A stretch of 64,000 nt of DNA, taken from the NCBI GenBank assembly GCA_951406725.2, contig CATOCA020000001.1, positions 2,852,001 to 2,916,000 of the forward strand, written 5' to 3'. The DNA is from Octopus vulgaris (Eukaryota). This document shows, in pieces, positions 12,055-26,654 of this stretch (the first letter of the stretch is position 1; each line of letters opens with the position of its first letter). Both the position numbers and the translations under genes were made by a program. A model generated the notes under the pieces. The model saw only the letters and a program-made list of their open reading frames with translations. It searched no databases and was not told where the DNA came from.

Positions 12055-12518
12055 TACACAGAGAGAGAAAAACACAGAAAGAAGGAGAGAAAAAAATGCG
12101 TGCAGTAGCTAACGAATCAACATGGCGATCTGATTTCGGCCAGAGGTCAAAGATCAAACATGAGACGTGAGAGCGAAATAAGGGGAGATAATAGGGTTGA
12201 TAAAAGGGTTGAGGGACCAGCTAAAAGTGCGTGGGAGGGGTCTGGATGTGTGTATGTATAGGGTTGGTGTATGTATTAGTATGTATAAGGGTGTGTGTGT
12301 GTGTGTGTGTGTATGAGAGAGTATTAGTGCGTAAGATTGGTCTGGACGTGCGTATGTATGGGGTTGGTGTATGTATTAGTATGTATTAGTATGTATTAGT
12401 ACGTATTGGTATGTATAGGTGTGTGTGTGTGTGTGTGTGAGAGAGTATAAGTGCGTATGCGGGGTCTGGACATGTGTATGTATAGGGTTGGTGTAAGTAT
12501 ATATATATAAGTAAGTAA

Positions 12519-12573
<55 letters not shown>

Positions 12574-12714
12574 TACACACATACACATAAAGTAAGTACA
12601 GATTGAGCAATGGGTTGATGAAATTGATTTCTCCCTCCTAAAAATTTGCTGGCCTTGTGCCAAACATTGAAACCAATGCAAAATTATTTGTCATTTGGTG
12701 GTAATTATACTTAC

Positions 12715-12756
12715 TGAGAGCTTCATCTGGAATAGTCGCATAATTATCTTCAGTAC
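12715..12756 (-). CDS. 42-nt phase 1-1 micro-exon xTEDNYATIPDEAL (copy 1)
   Basis: Identical to 21628-21669 with intact AG and GTAAGT. Confidence 0.7.
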
Positions 12757-12819
12757 CTTTAAGAAAAGATGCAAAACTTATTATTTCAGTGTGTAGTGCA
12801 TGGTACTAAAATTAACTGC

Positions 12820-13655
<836 letters not shown>

Positions 13656-13656
13656 T

Positions 13657-13983
13657 TCTATATATATATAAAACTGAGAATGTGTCTGTCTGTGTGTTCC
13701 CCTAAAACTTGAGAACTACACAACCAATTTCATTCAAATTTCACACATGCCTTACTTAGGGTCCATGTACTTTCATGATCAAAACAACGTTCGACTTCTT
13801 GTTTAAGGCGAGCCCATAGCAATATCATATCTTCTCCACTATTTCAGTATTACGTGTTAAAAGTGAAACAAAAACTGACAATATTTTCACCATTTATACG
13901 GAAGCATTTTTGTTAGAATGCCTTCGATAGAAGAAAGTCCAAAATTGAATTTCGCTGCAGCCGTCAGCGGGTGCAAACTCTGG
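13657..13983 (+). mobile_element. Non-autonomous Helitron-like element (copy ~23788-24114)
   Basis: 5' TCTATATATA..AAA, internal tgtctgtctg, 3' GC-rich ccgtcagcgg followed by CTGG. Confidence 0.55.
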
Positions 13984-14032
13984 ATCTGTAGTATGTCTGT
14001 TTGGGTGTGTACTCATTATTGTGAGGTTTCAC

Positions 14033-14492
14033 ATATCTTTCACATAATTCATGTGATACTTATGGTGTTATGGGTTCATAAGTTTGTATATAACTTGTAA
14101 TGTCATGGATATGTGTGAGACCCATATATATCTGTGAGAGGAGCGCAGCATAAGTTTATGAGGTCATGTGTTTTTTCATGCATGAAGTTCATATAATGCG
14201 TATAACTGATGTTTGGAATGAAAATTTATCCAGGTTGCACGGGAGACAGAGTAGGTGGGGATATTTGCTTGAAATTTCAGAGTGTGAAATGCTGCTTATG
14301 CATGCAAGGGGAGAAGGTGTCATCCCTAATATTTGAAATATTCACTTTTGGTGTGATAATGTATAATGTTTCAGTGATGTAAAGCTTGCATTTCCTGCCT
14401 CGTCCTCTGTTCTTGTTGGCCTCAGCAATAATACTCCAGGTTATCTGGATGTTGCTCACACCGCATGGAAAGCGGACGTTAAACGATGATGA

Positions 14493-14557
<65 letters not shown>

Positions 14558-15202
14558 TATCTTTCACATAATTCATGTGATACTTATGGTGTTATGGGTT
14601 CATAAGTTTGTATATAACTTGTAATGTCATGGATATGTGTGAGACCCATATATATCTGTGAAAGGAGCGCAGCATAAGTTTATGAGGTCATGTGTTTTTT
14701 CATGCATGAAGTTCATATAATGCGTATAACTGATGTTTGGAATGAAAATTTATCCAGGTTGCACGGGAGACAGAGTAGGTGGGGATATTTGCTTGAAATT
14801 TCAGAGTGTGAAATGCTGCTTACGCATGCAAGGGGAGAAGGTGTCATCCCTAATATTTGAAATATTCACTTTTGGTGTGATAATGTATAATGTTTCAGTG
14901 ATGTAAAGCTTGCATTTCCTGCCTCGTCCTCTGTACTTGTTGGCCTCAGCAATAATACTCCAGGTTTTCTGGATGTTGCTCACACCTCTCTTTTTCAGTC
15001 TCTATTCTATATTGGCTAGGATTATTGTGTGTTTTTTTGTTTTTGGCTCTGAACAAAGCCAGGTGCAATGTATATCTTTATTTGAAGGAGTTCCCTATCA
15101 TTCCAATATATGTATTTGTTGCTGTTCAAACCCATGTTATTGGTCTTATATACCAGTTCTTTTTCTGGGCACCCATTGTTCAGGAACAGCTATCTGAAGA
15201 TC
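14033..15202 (-). mobile_element. Degenerate PLE GIY-YIG C-terminal fragment, partly tandem-duplicated (copy ~24164-25317)
   Basis: Minus strand: ELVYKT...YIYIGMIGNSFK*RY..H; WSIIAEA...CKLYITETLYI...NIRDDTFSPCMH; 14033-14461 repeats 14557-14985. Confidence 0.7.
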
Positions 15203-15204
15203 TA

Positions 15205-15492
15205 GAGGGGTTGGACAAAATAATGGAAACATGTAGCATCATAATTTTGAAATATCTATAAAACTGTCAAAAGCTTGTTTATATTTATGTTATTTGAATT
15301 ATTATTAGTATTGCTTAATATGTTTTGCTAAAATTGCTGTTTCTTTTCAGATATCAACAGAAAAAGTTAACTGAAATTCATTAAAATGACAGATCTATTG
15401 GACTTTCAAAGAGGTCAAATTGTGGTGTGCATATAGCAGGCGCTAGCGTAATGAAAACAGCCGAAGTGTTTGGTGTATCATGAAGTCCTGTC
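15205..15492 (+). mobile_element. 5' fragment of the same Tc1, cut by the duplication junction
   Basis: Identical to 25320-25607, then switches to RTE 3'UTR. Confidence 0.9.
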
Positions 15493-16095
15493 CAGGCAAG
15501 GCTGGCAATGGCCACGATCAGTTGGTGCTTTTCACGTTCCACTGGCATGGAAGCCAGTCAAGGCAGCGCTGGATTCAGCCACGTTCGGATGGTGCTTTTT
15601 ACGTGCCACCGGCACAGGTGCCAGGCAAGGCTGGCAATGGCCACGATCAGTTGGTGCTTTTCACGTTCCACTGGCATGGAAGCCAGTCAAGGCAGCGCTG
15701 GATTCAGCCACGTTCGGATGGTGCTTTTTACGTGCCACTGGCAGAGGGATCACAACTGCAATTTCCATTGATTTTTGATGTTGATGTACTTCACTCAATA
15801 GGTCTCCTGAAACACAAGGTTGGAACGGTGTTTCTTTACTTGCCACCTGCACATGAGTCAGTCCAGCAGCACTGGCAACTGCCAGGTGCCAGTCATAGGA
15901 TTGGTTCAATTTCGAAACAATTAACACAGAAAAAAATAGACAAATATTTACCGGGGTAGCAAGAAATCATACAAGTAAAAAGGTTGTAACTCCTTATTTT
16001 TAAAGGTAGAAACACCAGGTTTATGTGAAATATTTTGTATAATATATATAAATAAATAAATGGAGTTAAACGCAGGTGTTATGCAAATTCTTTTA

Positions 16096-16182
16096 CTTCC
16101 AACACATGTTTCGAAGATATCACTGGTATTATTCCAAAGGAATAAAATGGTGTAAAACAACGTAATCTTCTCTTCAGGGAAA
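16096..16182 (-). ncRNA. Hammerhead ribozyme, duplicate of 7034-7120
   Basis: Same sequence in duplication copy 2. Confidence 0.7.
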
Positions 16183-16418
16183 TGAAGAAATGAAACTCGT
16201 CATTAAGATGTTTTAACAGAAAATGATGGATATGTATAGTGATTGACTGAACGCTATTAAGTTTGTTTTTAAAAAAAACGTTAGAGGATACAGCGTCAAA
16301 GGTAGCCTATAGAAAGAGGAGGGGCAATTCCTTTGGAATAATACCAGTGATATCTTTGAAACATGTCGGAAGTAAAAGAATTTGAATAACACCTGCGTTT
16401 AACTCCATTCATATATAT

Positions 16419-16485
<67 letters not shown>

Positions 16486-17708
16486 AACACATGTATTTTA
16501 AAACAAAAAATACTTAAATCCAGGCGAAGTCCATGTACTGAATATGTTCTTCATCCTCTCATTTACATATTGTATAAAAGAAAAGTATTGTCTAATAAAT
16601 CTATTTGGTATGAACAAGAGTAAACAAAGAGTAATTTTGGTTAATATGCCATTTCAAAATTAGACTTCTGAAAGAGGCTTCCTCAGTAAAGTGGCACCCA
16701 AAATTTTATTCTATGAGCAAAATGCTAATGATTATGTAAAAGTAGAACTTATTGAGAGGCTGATTGTACAAAGTGTACTTCTCTGGGATATAATCTCAAA
16801 ATGTACTAACACTAAATTTAATTGTCAATATTTAGTACAGTGTGTACTATTTCTATCACTTCAATATTTAATTGTGATATTAACATTAAGGGAAGCTATT
16901 CACAAATATGTTTAGAGCAACAAGGGTTTTTCTAAGATAAATTTCTTGCTAGAGTTATAAATAAACAGGAGTGATTTTGGATACTGGAGGAGAACAGTTA
17001 ATCACATTTACTATTGCAAATTTATTCCCATTCATTGTGTCTCATGCCTTGGCAAATATCTACTGAATTCATTATTACTTAATTATTTGGATTTTTTTGT
17101 ACAAATAAAGCCAACAAAGTAAATTTTTATGAACTGCATTATTAAGGGTAAGGATTGATAAAAAGGTAAAATATCAGAGTTAAATAGGAATATCTGTAAG
17201 AAGTTTATCGTATATGCAATGGAATTTTAATATTTTGAAAGGTTTTTAGGTGTGGCTGTGAGGTAAGAAGTTTAATTTCCAAACAAATGGGTCTGGGTTT
17301 CGTCACATGATGAGGCACATTGGGCGAGTGTATTCTGCTATAATCCTGGGCGGACCAAAATCTTGTGAATGGATTTGGTATATATATAAGGGAGTGTGTG
17401 TGCCTTTGCGTTTGATCCCCATCACCACTTGACACTTGTGTTGGTTTGTTCACATCCACAGAACTTAGCAGTTTAGCAAAAGAAACCAATAGAATAAGTA
17501 AAAGGCTTCAAAATAATAAGTACTCGGGTGGATTTGTTGGACTGAACCCTTGAAAGTGGTGCCTTAGCATGGCTGCAGTCCAATGACTGGAACAAATGAA
17601 AGACATGCATTAAGCTGCCTATACTACTCAAAGAAAGAGTGAACCAAAATTGTGCTAACTCTTGCTCTAATGAATGAAATTTTATTATTCGATTGCTTAT
17701 ATACTTAC

Positions 17709-17750
17709 CATCAGGTTTCCTTGAAACATTAACGTAAGAAATCTTCATGT
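17709..17750 (-). CDS. 42-nt phase 1-1 micro-exon DMKISYVNVSRKPD (copy 2)
   Basis: ttttttaaag acceptor, ATG|gtaagt donor; ISYVNV fits both the ITIM consensus IxYxxV and the Grb2-SH2 consensus YxN. Confidence 0.7.
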
Positions 17751-17970
17751 CTTTAAAAAATTAGAAATAAAAACAATAAATAGCGTTATGTTAGTATTGT
17801 GTTGATACTACAATCATACATGCTAATGAGACAGACTCAAACACACTCATACACACATATTAAAAGATAAAAGTTAGAGAATGATACATTTCATGACTGT
17901 TAGCTTTCTGTTAATGTTTAAGATAATTTCTAAGATCATGCTGTGTACTAACAATATTGTTTATACTTAC

Positions 17971-18030
17971 CTGCTGGTTTCAATTCTAAATAACTGGGCC
18001 CACTAGCTTCAGCATATTGCTCTTCATTAG
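17971..18030 (-). CDS. 60-nt phase 1-1 micro-exon xNEEQYAEASGPSYLELKPA (copy 2)
   Basis: ttttttgaag acceptor (weaker), CAG|gtaagt donor, open frame, two tyrosines. Confidence 0.65.
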
Positions 18031-19407
18031 CTTCAAAAAATTATAGAAAGATGTGCACATTTATTGTTTGGAGAGGATAGTTTTAATATTTTGATATTGT
18101 ACAAAAAGTAACTAAAAAAAATAAAATACTAGTGAGATCTGTGGAAATTCCACAGAACGAAAGAGATTAAGCAAAGCTATTTAAGAAAGAAAGGATGATT
18201 GTTATTTGTATTTTGCTAAGTGATTTCACTTCCAGTTGCAAAATAGTATATGGTTTTGAAATTTCCTTCTGCTAAGCACCTTATATTTCTCTCTTTCTCT
18301 CTACCTCTTCAACAAACATTTTAACCATGTAATTCCCCTCTTCATGTCTTTAACATTTCCCTCTTTCTCTTTCCACCCTACAGCATGTCATTAACACTTC
18401 TCTCTCTCCCACTTTCCTCTCATTGTAGTTGTGTCTTGCTCTTTGCCTCCCCCTCAACTAACTACGTGATGCATTTGACCTTAGTGTATTATTATACTCC
18501 TCTCTTCTTCTTGCTTCTCTACCCACATTTCTCCCTCTTTCTCTCACTTTTACTCAACCTCTCACTCATTCCACTTCCACCTCTCTAACAAACTATAGTA
18601 TAACAGGTGAAGAAAGAAGCAAATTATTATATAGATAGTGTATATTTTATATGCAACAATGTTTTCACACATGCTACCCCAAGAAACCGAACTAAATCAG
18701 CTCTTCTAAACTGCATCTTTCTCTTCTTCACATTTCCTCTTCCTGCCATTAAAAACATCTCCAAAGTATGGTTCACCTCCTATTGACATTTGTCCTCTAT
18801 CCTTACCATCAATGAGCTAACCTCCACTGTTGTTATTGATTTTCCCTTTTTCCACTACTCGCCACATCTTACATCTGCTGCCACTTCCAACAGACATCCA
18901 TTCCATGTTCCTACCACAAATGATCCTCCACCCTTCAAATCGGTATCCCTTTCTTAATTTCCCCACCAATCACAACTGCCAGCCCCACAACTCATGACCC
19001 TATAATGAGCCCTCTATCATTCTCCTGTCGAAAGTGCTATTCTGCTGCTGTAAGAGACAAAAGCAGAATACACCATACATTTATACCATACATATTGCCA
19101 TCTCTGTACTGTGAGTTGCCACTTCCTTTCCCTTGTACTATTTCCAGTCAGCATCTATCCCTTATTCTTACTGTGTCCCCTTCTATACGTAAATCCTTTC
19201 CCTGTTCATGATTTATTACAACTCCTATGTTCATTTGACCTGTTTTATTCCATGGTTTGCATTCACCTCCTTTTCTCCCAAACTCTTACAACCTTACACA
19301 CCAGCATCCCTGATTCTGAAGTATCATCACTATAAATACAGAATGGAAGAAGATATGAGAGTGGAGGTCAAGTAGACAGCACGAACGTGTGTGTGTGTAT
19401 ATATATA

Positions 19408-19448
<41 letters not shown>

Positions 19449-19545
19449 ACGTGTGTATGTATGCTTCTCTGGAGGCTGTCAAAATGATGTAGATGCCTCC
19501 AATGAGTAACAGATTTTGTTGAATTTTCTGCTGCTTTAAATAAAG

Positions 19546-19598
<53 letters not shown>

Positions 19599-20810
19599 AT
19601 ATATATATATAAGATGTGTTTCAAAGCACAGTAAGTTCATATTTATGTGAATTTTTGTGAAGAAGATGATTCAATCACTCTTCATTGAACTGAATTGGTT
19701 GACTGCTGTGTAATCCATCCTTGAGGTCAAAATTCCCATTTTTGAAGCTCAAAAACCAATGGTGGGTAGTAGTTTGAGAAATTGCTCCTTCTCAATACAC
19801 AGGACAGATCTCAAAAGCAGCTTTGGCAGGATTAACAAATTGATTAAATGAAAAAGCAAATGGTGTCGAAAATGCTAAGTTTTTTCCTCTTGAAAGTGCA
19901 TTTTAATGATCTGAAAATGCACAAAAATCAAAATACATTATCTTGTTGAGCAGAAATTTCTCTCAAATAACATAAAACGTTATTCCAATGTATTTTATTT
20001 CCGTGCACATTGTTAAATGTGAAGAAAAGGCCTATGAATTATTCCTCAGCCCAATGCGTTAAGGGCTGGCCAAAATCACCGGACAGCAAATCAAAACCAT
20101 TGAATTCCAAGATTTACTTATGTTTAACAACTGAATCATCATCATCATCATCATGCTAGCATGGGTTGGACGGGTTAACTGGGGTCTGTGAAGCTGGAAG
20201 GCTTCGTCAGGCCCAGTCAGATCTGGCAGTGTTTCTACGGCTGGATGCCCTTCCTAACGCCAACCACTCCGCGAGTGTAGTGGGTGTTTTTTACGTGCCA
20301 CCTGCACAGGTGCCAGACAGAGCTGGCGAACGGCCACGAACGGATGGTGCTTTTACGTGTCACCGGCACGGGGCCAGGCGATGCTGGCAACGGACACGAA
20401 CGGATGGTGCTTTTACGTGCCACCGACACGGGGCCAGACAGAGCTGGCAACCGGCCACGAACGGACGGTGCTTTTACGTGTCACCGGCACGGGGTTTAAT
20501 AAAAGCAACTAAATGTAAAACATCATGGAAATTGTTCAAACTGAAGTCCTTCTTGAGTGACACATTTTTCCATTTGAGTCAATACAGAATTACAGCAGAG
20601 AGTATTTATGGAAATTTGATTTGCTGTTGGGTAACTTTTCATCAAACTGTATATATATATGGTGGTGGTACTCTGTCAGTTACGACAACGAGGGTTCCAT
20701 TTGATCTGATTAATGGAACCGCTGGCTCATGAAATTAACGTGCAAGTGGCTGAGCACTCCACAGATGTGACTGCAAGTATGCTGCCCTAACAACTGGGCT
20801 ATTGTGCCTC

Positions 20811-20860
<50 letters not shown>

Positions 20861-21453
20861 CGGGAAGCTTTATGAAAATAAACAAAAGACGAAGGCAGGT
20901 GGAAAACAAACGAACAATTGTATTAGTATGGCGCTCAGGAAATATAAATAAAACAAGTCTTTAACGTTTCGAGCCTACGCTCTTCAACAGAAAGATACAC
21001 AGAGAGAAAAAAAACACAGAAAGAAGGAGAGAAAAAAAATGCGTGCAGTAACTAACGAATCAACATGGCGATCTGATTTCGGCCAGAGGTCAAAGATCAA
21101 ACATGAGACGCGAGAGCGAAATAAGGGGAGATAATAGGGTTGATAAATGGGTTGAGGGACCAGCTAAAAGTGCGTGGGAGGGGTCTGGATGTGTGTATGT
21201 ATAGGGTTGGTGTATGTATTAGTATGTATAAGGGTGTGTGTGTGTGTGTGTGTGTGTGTATGAGAGAGTATTAGTGCGTAAGATTGGTCTGGACGTGCGT
21301 ATGTATGGGGTTGGTGTATGTATTAGTATGTATTAGTACGTATTGGTATGTATAGGTGTGTGTGTGTGTGTGTGAGAGAGTATAAGTGCGTATGCGGGGT
21401 CTGGACATGTGTATGTATAGGGTTGGTGTAAGTATATATATATAAGTAAGTAA

Positions 21454-21497
<44 letters not shown>

Positions 21498-21627
21498 ACA
21501 TAAAGTAAGTACAGATTGAGCAATGGGTTGATGAAATTGATTTCTCCCTCCTAAAAATTTGCTGGCCTTGTGCCAAACATTGAAACCAATGCAAAATTAT
21601 TTGTCATTTGGTGTTAATTATACTTAC

Positions 21628-21669
21628 TGAGAGCTTCATCTGGAATAGTCGCATAATTATCTTCAGTAC
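21628..21669 (-). CDS. 42-nt phase 1-1 micro-exon xTEDNYATIPDEAL (copy 2)
   Basis: tcttttcttaaag acceptor, CTCA|gtaagt donor, open frame, YATI motif. Confidence 0.7.
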
Positions 21670-21783
21670 CTTTAAGAAAAGATGCAAAACTTATTATTTC
21701 AGTGTGTAGTGCATGGTACTAAAATTAACTGCATATATACACACATATATATATAAAAAAATATATAAAAATATATATATATA

Positions 21784-21831
<48 letters not shown>

Positions 21832-21847
21832 TATATAAAAATATATA

Positions 21848-22129
<282 letters not shown>

Positions 22130-22347
22130 TATATATTATGTGAAATAGAACGATGAATAATCTTGTAGTAGATTAATCAAAAGTTTAACCGATACCTTAG
22201 TAGCAAAAATCACAGCAGTAAACAGCACGGTTGGAGGTACAACCATCTGGCGTTGCAACCGTGCGTTGGTGCGGATAATTGAAATTAAAACATTATTGGT
22301 GAATTGAAGAAATGGAGCTGAACGCAGATTGAACAGAAATCGTTTTA

Positions 22348-22436
22348 TTTCATTCTACACGTGTTTCGAAAGGCACAAATTACCAAAATCCGATTGAATA
22401 ATGGGACCATATTGTGTCTTTCTCTTCAGGAAGAAA
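22348..22436 (-). ncRNA. Type I hammerhead ribozyme, mirror copy
   Basis: Reverse complement of 22610-22698. Confidence 0.8.
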
Positions 22437-22609
22437 AAAGGAAATCCGTTGGAAAAACAAAAACAGAACAGAGGCGGAGCAAAAACAAATCGAATTATGC
22501 TCCTAAGAGCCCATGGCGAAACAGTTTCGTCATGGGCTCTTAGGAGCATAATTCGATTTGTTTTTGCTCCGCCTCTGTTCTGTTTTTGTTTTTCCAACGG
22601 ATTTCCTTT

Positions 22610-22698
22610 TTTCTTCCTGAAGAGAAAGACACAATATGGTCCCATTATTCAATCGGATTTTGGTAATTTGTGCCTTTCGAAACACGTGTAGAATGAAA
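22610..22698 (+). ncRNA. Type I hammerhead ribozyme with intact core
   Basis: TTTC.TTC-CTGAAGA-GAAAGACACAA...TTGTGCCTTTC-GAAA-C-ACGT-G-TA-GAA.T.GAAA; stem II 10/11 pairs, palindromic stem III, GUA cleavage triplet. Confidence 0.8.
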
Positions 22699-22757
22699 TA
22701 AAACGATTTCTGTTCAATCTGCGTTCAGCTCCATTTCTTCAATTCACCAATAATGTA

Positions 22758-22851
<94 letters not shown>

Positions 22852-22939
22852 ATATTTTGAATTCGCCTATAATGGTCCCTTTACATACTGAATACTTGGT
22901 GAAATTGATTAATAATTAATTAATTTTACCCTCAATTGT

Positions 22940-23757
<818 letters not shown>

Positions 23758-24635
23758 TATATATAAAAATATATATATATATAAATTTCTCTATATATAT
23801 AAAACTGAGAATGTGTCTGTCTGTGTTTTTCCCTAAAACTTGAGAACTACACAACCAATTTCATTCAAATTTCACACATGCCTTACTTAGGGTCCATGTA
23901 CTTTCATGATCAAAAAAACGTTCGACTTCTTGTTTAAGGCGAGCCCATAGCAATATCATATCTTCTCCACTATTTCAGTATTACGTGTTAAAAGTGAAAC
24001 AAAAACTGACAATATTTTCACCATTTATACGGAAGCATTTTTGTTAGAATGCCTTCGATAGAAGAAAGTCCAAAATTGAATTTCGCTGCAGCCGTCAGCG
24101 GGTGCAAACTCTGGATCTGTAGTATGTCTGTTTGGGTGTGTACTCATTATTGTGAGGTTTCACATATCTTTCACATAATTCATGTGATACTTATGGTGTT
24201 ATGGGTTCATAAGTTTGTATATAACTTGTAATGTCATGGATATGTGTGAGACCCATATATATCTGTGAGAGGAGCGCAGCATAAGTTTATGAGGTCATGT
24301 GTTTTTTCATGCATGAAGTTCATATAATGCGTATAACTGATGTTTGGAATGAAAATTTATCCAGGTTGCACGGGAGACAGAGTAGGTGGGGATATTTGCT
24401 TGAAATTTCAGAGTGTGAAATGCTGCTTATGCATGCAAGGGGAGAAGGTGTCATCCCTAATATTTGAAATATTCACTTTTGGTGTGATAATGTATAATGT
24501 TTCAGTGATGTAAAGCTTGCATTTCCTGCCTCGTCCTCTGTTCTTGTTGGCCTCAGCAATAATACTCCAGGTTATCTGGATGTTGCTCACACCGCATGGA
24601 AAGCGGACGTTAAACGATGATGATGATATATATAT

Positions 24636-24668
<33 letters not shown>

Positions 24669-25319
24669 AATATATCTTTCACATAATTCATGTGATACTT
24701 ATGGTGTTATGGGTTCATAAGTTTGTATATAACTTGTAATGTCATGGATATGTGTGAGACCCATATATATCTGTGAGAGGAGCGCAGCATAAGTTTATGA
24801 GGTCATGTGTTTTTTCATGCATGAAGTTCATATAATGCGTATAACTGATGTTTGGAATGAAAATTTATCCAGGTTGCACGGGAGACAGAGTAGGTGGGGA
24901 TATTTGCTTGAAATTTCAGAGTGTGAAATGCTGCTTACGCATGCAAGGGGAGAAGGTGTCATCCCTAATATTTGAAATATTCACTTTTGGTGTGATAATG
25001 TATAATGTTTCAGTGATGTAAAGCTTGCATTTCCTGCCTCGTCCTCTGTACTTGTTGGCCTCAGCAATAATACTCCAGGTTTTCTGGATGTTGCTCACAC
25101 CTCTCTTTTTCAGTCTCTATTCTATATTGGCTAGGATTATTGTGTGTTTTTTTGTTTTTGGCTCTGAACAAAGCCAGGTGCAATGTATATCTTTATTTGA
25201 AGGAGTTCCCTATCATTCCAATATATGTATTTGTTGCTGTTCAAACCCATGTTATTGGTCTTATATACCAGTTCTTTTTCTGGGCACCCATTGTTCAGGA
25301 ACAGCTATCTGAAGATCTA

Positions 25320-26578
25320 GAGGGGTTGGACAAAATAATGGAAACATGTAGCATCATAATTTTGAAATATCTATAAAACTGTCAAAAGCTTGTTTATATT
25401 TATGTTATTTGAATTATTATTAGTATTGCTTAATATGTTTTGCTAAAATTGCTGTTTCTTTTCAGATATCAACAGAAAAAGTTAACTGAAATTCATTAAA
25501 ATGACAGATCTATTGGACTTTCAAAGAGGTCAAATTGTGGTGTGCATATAGCAGGCGCTAGCGTAATGAAAACAGCCGAAGTGTTTGGTGTATCATGAAG
25601 TCCTGTCTCAAAAGTAATGACAGCCTTTGAGGAAGTGGGAAAAACCTTCTAGTCAAAACAAAACTCTGGAAGAAAACCAAAACCTTCAGATAAGGACTGT
25701 TGGACTCTTATGCAAATTGTTAGAAAGGATCACAAAAGTACAGCTCCCAAAGTAACTGTAGAGCTTAATAACCATCTCAAGAACCCAGTTTCCATAAAAC
25801 TGATTGCTGGGAGTTGCACAAAGCTGGATTTCATGGGAGGGCTGCAATCAGAAAACCACTACTTTCAAAAACCAACTTTGCAAAGCATTTAGAGTGGGGT
25901 AAAAACCTACAAAACTGATCCCTAGAGCAGTGGAAGAATGTCATTTTCTTGGACAAGTCATCTTTTACCATATTTCTGACCACTGGCCGAGTATACATGT
26001 GGAGACATCCAAAACAAGCCTTTGACCCAGACTACCTTCTTCCAACTGTTAAACATGGAGGAGGATCTATGATGATCTGAGAGGTGGGGGCTATATCTTG
26101 GAAATCTGCCAGCCCAATGATTTCCCTTCATGGCAGACTATTTAAGCATTTTATCTGATCAAATTCATCCTATGATTGCAGAACTGTTTCTGAAGGGAAA
26201 TGCAATCTTTCAGGATGATAATGCACCAATTCATAGAGCAGCTAAAGTTGTTACTGAATGGCATGAGAAACATTCTAGAGAAGTTGAACATCTTATCTTG
26301 CCACCACAGCCTCCAGATCTCAATATTATTGAACATTTGTGGTGCATTTTAGGAAAACAGGAAAAGGAGTCAATACCCTCCACCATCATCACTGCAAGAA
26401 TTGGGGACTCTTTTAGCTGAAAAATGGACAAAAATTCTTTTGGAAACAATTCAAACTTTGTACAAGTTCATACCTTGTAGAATTCAAGCTGTAATTACTG
26501 CTACAGGCAGCCCTACCCCATATTAAAATAAATTTGTTTGAAATTTTAAGGTGTTTCCATTATTTTGTCCAACTCCTG
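25320..26578 (+). mobile_element. Tc1-like DNA transposon, full length but decayed
   Basis: ~27-bp TIRs (g/c)agg(g/a)gttggacaaaataatggaaaca with TA on both sides; ATG 25501 MTDLLDFQRGQIV; FQDDNAPIH...PDLNIIEHLW; ends PTPY*; contains stops and frameshifts. Confidence 0.92.
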
Positions 26579-26594
26579 TATGTTTACACAATAT

Positions 26595-26654
<60 letters not shown>

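Larger units (their letters stand above)
22290..22756. repeat. 467-bp near-perfect palindrome (233-bp arms, 1-nt loop at 22523)
   Basis: Mirror ORFs 22355-22645(-) and 22401-22691(+); the only mismatch I see is 22516/22530. Confidence 0.97.

Noticed and set aside
22500-22530. CCTAAGA-GCC-CAT-GGC-GAAAC at the palindrome centre as a third hammerhead
   Set aside because: The core does not match CUGANGA and the 3' half is replaced by the fold-back
22355-22691. Two mirror 96-aa ORFs
   Set aside because: By-product of the palindrome; no recognisable protein motif
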